Shown in pieces: positions 57,557 through 64,000 of a stretch of DNA of 64,000 nucleotides (position 1 is the first letter of the stretch; each line of letters starts with the position of its first letter). Source of the stretch: Promethearchaeota archaeon (GTDB lineage Archaea; Asgardarchaeota; Lokiarchaeia; Sigyniarchaeales; SOKP01); assembly GCA_016839705.1 (NCBI GenBank), contig JAEOTR010000025.1, forward strand, positions 1 to 64,000, in the 5' to 3' direction. The notes under the pieces were generated by a model that did not search any database, was not told the origin of the DNA, and saw nothing but the letters and a program-made list of their open reading frames with translations. Made by a program: the position numbers and the translations under genes.

Positions 57557-59737
57557 TTATTGGTATGGTTTTATAACTTTGATGATATCTACAAAATCTA
57601 TTCCTAGCTCTTTCACTTTATTTATTGTCGGACATCCTTTTTGATTCCATCCACGTTCACTATAAACAGCATCTTGGAGTTTTGAATATTGTTCTTCTCG
57701 GTATTTTCTAAGTATCTTTATTTTATCTTCAGTATTTTTGCCACTTATCTCATATCCGAGAGCTTTTAATTGTTTATCATATCTTTCAGCACGACTTTCA
57801 TATTCTAAAGGCAATACCGGTCCCATGGCTCTATACGGAAGGTTTGAATCATGTTCTCTAAGTCCTCCACCTTGCCTTATGTTGAATATCCTTTGAAAAT
57901 TATATACCACCTCACTCATTTTAATGATGTCATCTGGTGTTGATTGACGTCCTGTGACAGCAGAGAAATATTGAGTATACCATGCAACATGATCAGGGAC
58001 TCTTGCCCTTACAAGTTCTCCTGTCTTAGGATCTTTAATAGGGTAGTCTGCTTGAGATTTAGGTTGAATATCATTCCATGGGAGCTTGCATAATCCACAA
58101 AGTCCAAACCAAGTCCGCCATAATGGAAACCAACGTAAAGCTTTTGCTTTATCCTCGAAAGTTGGAAGGGAATTTCTTATTACATCCTCGAATATTAACC
58201 AGGCTTCATCATGCTGAGGACCCTTATTTGTAAGTCCATATCCACCCTGTTGAGCTAATGATTCTTTAGTCACATATTCCGAAAACTCTAATCCTTTATG
58301 TTCCATTCCGATATCCTGTACAAAATTTGGATCTGCTCCATATTCCTTGACAAATATTGCTTTCATTTCTTTAATACCTTGACCTACAATTTTTCCAAAT
58401 CCTTCTCCCTTCGCCATTTGATGAATTAATTCTATTGCAGCTTCCACATTTCCGAAGCTAAGATCTAACCCACCCGTAACTTTTTTATTTAGGATACCCG
58501 CTTCATAACATTCCATCACAAAAGCAATACCAGTTCCCACACTTATTGTATCAAGCCCATATGTGTCACAGTAGAAATTTACTTCTAATATCCATTTAGG
58601 ATGCCATACGTCCCAATTTGAACCACATCCAGCAATAGTCTCATATTCGGGACCATCCACAATCACTTTTTGACCTTTGAAAGGACCAGTCATTATTTCA
58701 TAGTTATCTGAGTAATGTGAACAGCTAACAGTACACCCTATCCAGCATCCATCTGCCCCTTCTTTTCCAGAATAGATTCTTCTCATATTTTCCCTACTAT
58801 AAGGAATATCTTTTCCACTAATTTCTTTATGTGTACCATATCTGAAATTTTCAGTAGGTAATAGGTCGGTTACATTCATAATATCGGGAAGATGTCCGGT
58901 ACCTACTCTTCTCATTTCATTTTGAATAGGATCCAGTTCCATGACTTCTTGGCTGTGTTTTTTACCTAATTCTTTCGCTGCGTCTAGATTATCGGGGTTA
59001 TTTGATTTTACAGTAACTTTTGGGGTTCGACAAACCAATGCTTTGATCTTTTTATCTGCAAAAACAGAACCTATTCCCCCCCTACCAGCCTGTTTACATG
59101 AAGCCCAGTTCCGTCCCCGTACAAACCACGAAAAGTTTAGCATCCCCCATTTTGAATGTTTTGCTGCAGGACCAGTACTAACTACGGAAATGCGTTGTTT
59201 TTCATTTTCATCTTGAGCGTATTTCTCGGTTAATTGTTGGGTAAGTTCATGTGAATATATTGAAAGGTTATCATCTTCCTCTACAACTTTAATTTGGATG
59301 ATACCCTCAACACCATCGATATAAATAACAACTTCCTTTTCAGCTTTCCCTTGTATTTCAATCGTATCAAAACCCGAAAATTTTAAGTATGGACCAAAAT
59401 ATCCTCCCACATTGCTGTCAACAACTAATCCTGTTAAGGGGGAAATCGTGGTGACTATACTCTTCCCCGATCCTGGATAAAACACACTTCCTCCTAATGG
59501 GCCTGAAGCAATACAGATTTCATTCTCTGGGTCATTCCACTTTACTATTTTATCTTTTGGAAGGGAATTCCACATAAGCCATAGATCAAAACCTTTTCCA
59601 CCTATGAATTTATCTTTCATTCCATCTGAAACAGGTTTAATAGTGATTTCATTATTTGAAAGATTTATATATAAAGTTCGATTCATATAACCTTTCTGGG
59701 CATTACGAAGTTCATATTTTTTTTCTGCTAAAATCAA
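57557..59737 (-). CDS. Long-form aldehyde:ferredoxin oxidoreductase family protein
   Basis: QAGRGGIGSV, CWIGCTVSC, GPEYET, GLDTISVG, HKGLEFSEY, KGPQHDE. Confidence 0.9.
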   Translation of the reverse strand: MILAEKKYELRNAQKGYMNRTLYINLSNNEITIKPVSDGMKDKFIGGKGFDLWLMWNSLPKDKIVKWNDPENEICIASGPLGGSVFYPGSGKSIVTTISPLTGLVVDSNVGGYFGPYLKFSGFDTIEIQGKAEKEVVIYIDGVEGIIQIKVVEEDDNLSIYSHELTQQLTEKYAQDENEKQRISVVSTGPAAKHSKWGMLNFSWFVRGRNWASCKQAGRGGIGSVFADKKIKALVCRTPKVTVKSNNPDNLDAAKELGKKHSQEVMELDPIQNEMRRVGTGHLPDIMNVTDLLPTENFRYGTHKEISGKDIPYSRENMRRIYSGKEGADGCWIGCTVSCSHYSDNYEIMTGPFKGQKVIVDGPEYETIAGCGSNWDVWHPKWILEVNFYCDTYGLDTISVGTGIAFVMECYEAGILNKKVTGGLDLSFGNVEAAIELIHQMAKGEGFGKIVGQGIKEMKAIFVKEYGADPNFVQDIGMEHKGLEFSEYVTKESLAQQGGYGLTNKGPQHDEAWLIFEDVIRNSLPTFEDKAKALRWFPLWRTWFGLCGLCKLPWNDIQPKSQADYPIKDPKTGELVRARVPDHVAWYTQYFSAVTGRQSTPDDIIKMSEVVYNFQRIFNIRQGGGLREHDSNLPYRAMGPVLPLEYESRAERYDKQLKALGYEISGKNTEDKIKILRKYREEQYSKLQDAVYSERGWNQKGCPTINKVKELGIDFVDIIKVIKPYQ

Positions 59738-59829
59738 TTAATTACACCAAATCTAAAATAAAAATATTAAAAAATCATAGAGGCGGATTATAATAAAGAT
59801 TAAATTACCTATAATTTAAAAAAATATAG

Positions 59830-61173
59830 CTACTTTTTTAAGAATTTATTAATAAAATTATCAAGGACTTCTTCGATAGTAGGACTTCCAATTGATTCGA
59901 TATCATACGATACTTTCACAATAGGCTTATTTATTTTGATTAATTTGGTTAAATCTATAGGACTTCCATTCAAGATAATATCTGCCTTCACATTATTAAG
60001 TGTTTTTTCTAAGTCGTCTATTTGTTCATCAGTGTATCCCATTGCAGGTACTATTTGTGTAATTTGAGGGAAATCTTCGTAGATTTCTTTCATAGATCCT
60101 ACTAAAAATTTTCTTGGATCTACTATTTTTGCTTCTGCGTTTTTAGCAGCAACATATGCAGCTCCAATTGCCATGCCTCCATGAGTTAAAGTGGGTCCAT
60201 CTTCTACAACTACAACTTTCTTTCCCTTCAATCTTAAAGGATCTTCTGCTTTAACCACCGAGTTTGTATAAACTCTTATAGCATTTGGATTTAATTCATC
60301 GAGATTTTTTTCCACAATTTTAACATCTTCTGGTTTCGCACTGTCCATCTTATTTATTACAAACACATCAGCATATTTAGCATTAACTTCACCTGGGTGA
60401 TATTTCTTCTCATGTCCCGGTCTTAATGGATCAACGACTACGAAAAGTAAATCAGTAATATAGAAAGAAATCTCATTATTTCCCCCATCAAAAATAATTA
60501 CATCTGCTTCTTTTTCAGCTTCCCTAATTATCTTCTCATAATCAACTCCCGAATAAATCACTAATCCCTGCCTAATGTAAGGTTCATATTCTTCCCGTTC
60601 TTCAATAGTGCAATCGTATTTATCTAGATCCTCATATTTTTCAAACCTCATAACATTTTGTTGAATTAAATCACCATAAGGCATTGGTTCACGAATAGCT
60701 ACAACTTTGTATCCTTTACTCACTAAGTATCGATATGTAGCTCTAGAAACTTGACTTTTGCCACATCCAGTTCTTACCGCACAAATAGCAATTACCGGTT
60801 TATTAGCTTTAAGTTGAGTGAATCTCCCAGATATTAATCGATAATTAGCCCCTGCAGCAAGTGCTCTTGAAGCTTTATGCATTACCTCCTCATGAGACAC
60901 ATCTGAATAAGCAAACACAACTTCATCGATTTTATGTTTTTTTATATATTCTTCTAAAAGATCTTCAGAAACCATTGGAATTCCATTTGGGTATACATTA
61001 CCAGCTAGTTCTACGGGGAATTTTCTTTCGGTTTCTTCTGTTGTACCAACATTTTGTTCACCTGCTATAGTAAATGCAACAACCTCGTATTCTTCGTTAT
61101 CTCTAAAAACAGTATTGAAGACATGGAAATCGTAACCTAATGCACCTATGATAACAACTTTCTTTCTCTTCAT
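59830..61173 (-). CDS. arcE: Arginine synthetase ArcE-like P-loop protein (cyclic 2,3-diphosphoglycerate synthetase-like family)
   Basis: DFHVFN, AVRTGCGKSQ, PMPYGDL, TIEEREEYEP, DGGNN, EDGPTLTHGGM, PAMGY; arcB and arcC nearby. Confidence 0.72.
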   Translation of the reverse strand: MKRKKVVIIGALGYDFHVFNTVFRDNEEYEVVAFTIAGEQNVGTTEETERKFPVELAGNVYPNGIPMVSEDLLEEYIKKHKIDEVVFAYSDVSHEEVMHKASRALAAGANYRLISGRFTQLKANKPVIAICAVRTGCGKSQVSRATYRYLVSKGYKVVAIREPMPYGDLIQQNVMRFEKYEDLDKYDCTIEEREEYEPYIRQGLVIYSGVDYEKIIREAEKEADVIIFDGGNNEISFYITDLLFVVVDPLRPGHEKKYHPGEVNAKYADVFVINKMDSAKPEDVKIVEKNLDELNPNAIRVYTNSVVKAEDPLRLKGKKVVVVEDGPTLTHGGMAIGAAYVAAKNAEAKIVDPRKFLVGSMKEIYEDFPQITQIVPAMGYTDEQIDDLEKTLNNVKADIILNGSPIDLTKLIKINKPIVKVSYDIESIGSPTIEEVLDNFINKFLKK

Positions 61174-61473
61174 AGATATAAACCAATCTCAAAGTATTCT
61201 ATCGTTTATCATAATATTTAATTTGAGATTTGTTATAATGTTTTTTGATAACAATATGGGAATGACAACCCACTTTTATATCTAGATAATGAATACTATT
61301 TTTTTCCTTTTTTCAATATGATCTCTTCAGTGAAGATACTAAAATATAAAAGATTTTATGTTTTATAGAAAGTTTTGAAGGTCCTTTATGAGTTTATTTA
61401 ATTTCATAAACAAAGAAATCTCTTGCTTTTTTCAAATTTTTAGCAAGATGTGATTCTTAGTAAATTGCTATTT

Positions 61474-62475
61474 TTAATTTTTAATATTATCTAGCTTTTT
61501 TAGGTTTTTTTTAACCAATTTTACACCGATACTTAAACGACCTGCCTTTTCCTCAGGTCCCTGCCAAAAAGGGTAATTTTTTTCTAAAATTTTCATTTTT
61601 TTAATTCTTAATATCAAAATTGCCATAAAATTAATGGCAAGAATATTTGACATTAAAAGAACAAAACTTCCAAATGATAAAAGTACATTTCCAAAAATTA
61701 GAGTTACTCCAATATTAACGGCGGGAGGCATCAATGATACCGCAATAGCAATCCCTACTAAAGAAGATTGTATTATTCCCGTAGTGGCAAATCCTACTGC
61801 TAAACCCGCGGCGATAGAAACGATCAAATCAAAAATTGTTGGAAAATTTCTATTCAACATTTCATGCGTTATAGAAGGTGAACCGTAAATAAGTAAAGCC
61901 ACGATTGCTAATAAAAATCCAATTACTAATGCGATAAGAACACTAAGAATTTGTCCGACTATTCCTTTTTTAATTAAAAGATAATTTTTGCTTATTATTC
62001 CATATGAAACACCTAGAATAGGCCCCATTAATGGAGATATGATCATTGCCCCGATAATAATTGCAGTAGAATTTAAAATAAGTCCTGCCCCTGCGATAAG
62101 CGCAGCTAATATAATAAAGAGATAATAATTGATATTTAATTCCATTCCTTCTTTTATTGAGGATTCGATTTCTTCCACGGATACTCTACTTGATAGCTCT
62201 TCGGAAACATCTAGTTGATCCTCTTTTAATTCTGGAATCGTTACTTGTAATTTTAATATATCTATTATCCCAAATTCGATTCCCACTCCAAGTTCATTCA
62301 GTACTTCAAGTACTTTAGGAACCCTATTTCTTGGACAGCGAATAATGATTAATGAATTGTTAGCTCCTTTTAATAAAATCATACTTTTAATGTTAATTTT
62401 CTCATTTAGTGCAGTAATTATGGATTCTGTATTCTTTTTTGGTTCATTAGGAAGACTTATCTGAATTTGACTCAT
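61474..62475 (-). CDS. DUF389 / TIGR00341-family membrane protein
   Basis: NSTAIIIGAMIISPLMGPI, GIAIAVSLMPPA. Confidence 0.85.
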   Translation of the reverse strand: MSQIQISLPNEPKKNTESIITALNEKINIKSMILLKGANNSLIIIRCPRNRVPKVLEVLNELGVGIEFGIIDILKLQVTIPELKEDQLDVSEELSSRVSVEEIESSIKEGMELNINYYLFIILAALIAGAGLILNSTAIIIGAMIISPLMGPILGVSYGIISKNYLLIKKGIVGQILSVLIALVIGFLLAIVALLIYGSPSITHEMLNRNFPTIFDLIVSIAAGLAVGFATTGIIQSSLVGIAIAVSLMPPAVNIGVTLIFGNVLLSFGSFVLLMSNILAINFMAILILRIKKMKILEKNYPFWQGPEEKAGRLSIGVKLVKKNLKKLDNIKN

Positions 62476-62905
62476 TTAATATGCATTATTTTTTTAAAGA
62501 GTTAAAATAAATTTACTTAGAAGTTATATAAATTTTTTTCAAGATTTTTTAAAAAATTAAAAGACTCGTAAAATTAACGCTTTAAAAAATTGCTAAATTT
62601 TGTATTTTCGACAATATCTACAAATTTCTTAATATAAGTTCGTAACTTTTCGATTTTTTCAAAGGCAATGAGAATCTGTTCTAATTTTCTAGAAAATTTT
62701 ATAAATTTTTTTTTCATAAAAGTGACCTTCAAATTGCAATCTTTAATTGATCATCGTAATTAATTTAGAACAAATTATTATGATTATTAATTCTATGAAG
62801 GGAAGGATAAAACACTCTTTTTATTCGACTTTTTGGAGGAAATTGATAATTATTAGTCCACAAGAAAAAAAAAGGGAATGATCTGGAAATGCTAAACACA
62901 ATAGA

Positions 62906-64000
62906 TCATTCATTTTCTTTTAAAATTTTATTGAGAGTTTCTATCGCATTTTCTTTAATCGATTTTGAAGTTATTTTTTTTATAGTTTTTGCCATCATTT
63001 TATAGGCTCCTGAGACCGTAATATCAATTTCAATAAAAACACCAATACCAGACTCTGTATCTTCAAAACTTACGTTATAAAAAGTTTCACCAGCAGAAGG
63101 AACAACTTCGAATTTTGTGGAACGTTCAGTTCTTGGCCCAATCTCATTAGTTGAAATTTCTCTTCCCTGAACTGTTGTAACACGGTTTCCAGTTATATCA
63201 AAAAATTCGTTTACAATTTCTTTAAAGTTGTCTGGTATCTCTTTTAATTCATATATTAATTCCTTACCTTCAGATTCTTCCTTTTGCTTTTCCTTACTAG
63301 TCACCACGACCCTCACACGACCGATGTTCTGGATTCTAGCATGGCGAGTATTAGGATCGCCTTGTCTATGCGAGGTTATACGAATTGTCGGGAAGTAAGT
63401 GCCAGGTTCGGAGAAAGTATAAGTGGTTTTCAATTCTACATGAGTGCTTTTTGTGTTTTTGAGTTTCTCGGTTATTGGATAGTCACCAGTGCCCTCAAAG
63501 TCCCATTCCGCACTGACTATTGAACCGGCATCTGGTGGTGTATCGATAACACTGAAAAACTTAACTTTCTTCCCAACCTTAACATCAACACGCTCACCTC
63601 CATTTACTGTAAGAGTGACCACCGGTTGAATCCCCTTACGCTCCACAGCAGTCGGTGGCACTTCCACCTGGCCATCTACCACTTTATATGTAGTACTTGC
63701 TGGGGGTGCCACGCCTTTTTCAACCCATGCGCTCACGTCGCGCAGTGCCTGTTGCAATATACCACTATAGTTGATAACTCGTGTGGTTATTGCTGGACGG
63801 GAGTCTAAAGGTGTGATCACAGGTGGTGTATGCATTGCATTGTCAATAAACCAGAGTCGATAATTATCATCGAATTTTTCTCCCAATGCAGCTTTCACCT
63901 TCGAGCGATACCAGTCGGCTTGCCAAGGATAGGCTGCCTCGTCCATCAACATATTAACTGCGATCATCTTGCCTTCAAACTTGCCTGTCTGTACCGAACC
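62906..64000 (-). CDS. Paralogue 3 of the hydrolase-PKD family with C-terminal extension; 5' end lies beyond the window
   Basis: Frame open to 64000 (GSVQTGKFEGKMI...); RLWFIDNAMH, WVEKGVAPP, EWDFEGTG, NIGRVRVVV align to paralogues 1 and 2, then about 130 extra residues. Confidence 0.75.
   Translation of the reverse strand, partial: GSVQTGKFEGKMIAVNMLMDEAAYPWQADWYRSKVKAALGEKFDDNYRLWFIDNAMHTPPVITPLDSRPAITTRVINYSGILQQALRDVSAWVEKGVAPPASTTYKVVDGQVEVPPTAVERKGIQPVVTLTVNGGERVDVKVGKKVKFFSVIDTPPDAGSIVSAEWDFEGTGDYPITEKLKNTKSTHVELKTTYTFSEPGTYFPTIRITSHRQGDPNTRHARIQNIGRVRVVVTSKEKQKEESEGKELIYELKEIPDNFKEIVNEFFDITGNRVTTVQGREISTNEIGPRTERSTKFEVVPSAGETFYNVSFEDTESGIGVFIEIDITVSGAYKMMAKTIKKITSKSIKENAIETLNKILKENE

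Noticed and set aside
62574-62717. 47-aa minus-strand ORF MKKKFIKFSRKLEQIL...
   Set aside because: No motif or RBS; K/F/I-rich composition is expected by chance in very AT-rich spacer DNA
293-63808. Numerous 60-150 aa ORFs antisense to or nested in longer genes (e.g. 293..568, 19099..19470, 25467..25877, 50474..50914)
   Set aside because: Shadow ORFs of well-supported genes with no motifs of their own
1-64000. CRISPR arrays, tRNA/rRNA genes, transposases or integrases
   Set aside because: No regularly spaced repeats, GC-rich structured RNA-sized segments or mobile-element ORFs seen by eye; a tRNAscan/Infernal run would be needed to exclude small RNAs

Overview
AT-rich (about 30% GC by eye), gene-dense archaeal DNA, most likely from a Lokiarchaeia-type Asgard archaeon. 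This is inferred from two Rab-like GTPases, a TPR/longin-like protein, a DRG GTPase and UGA-recoded Hdr/Mvh genes with a eukaryote-style 3' SECIS. Main content: (1) a selenoprotein operon that the ORF track fragments or misses: hdrA (2413-4392, three in-frame UGA) and mvhD/vhuD (1944-2399, two in-frame UGA), followed by one AUGA-AA-GA SECIS-like hairpin and an FdhB/FrhB-like gene; (2) anaerobic redox genes (three tungsten AOR-family enzymes, Fe-ADH, ferredoxin, an HdrD-like protein with a GltD/NfnA-like module inserted in its CCG domain); (3) a lysine fermentation cluster (kat-like, family III CoA-transferase, kce, kdd, kamA, kamB, kamD, kamE; no kal or kamC); (4) an adjoining arginine/ornithine/proline cluster (rocD, arcC, arcB, ArcE-like arginine synthetase, proline dehydrogenase-like pair, an AOR). 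Also present: three paralogues of a GxSxG hydrolase-PKD family (one without a canonical start), an unannotated 55-aa Cys-rich protein, a nonsense-interrupted permease and several gene relics including a probable thiC 3' remnant. No rRNA, tRNA, CRISPR array or mobile element was recognised. All functional calls come from motif recognition by eye; no database searches were run.
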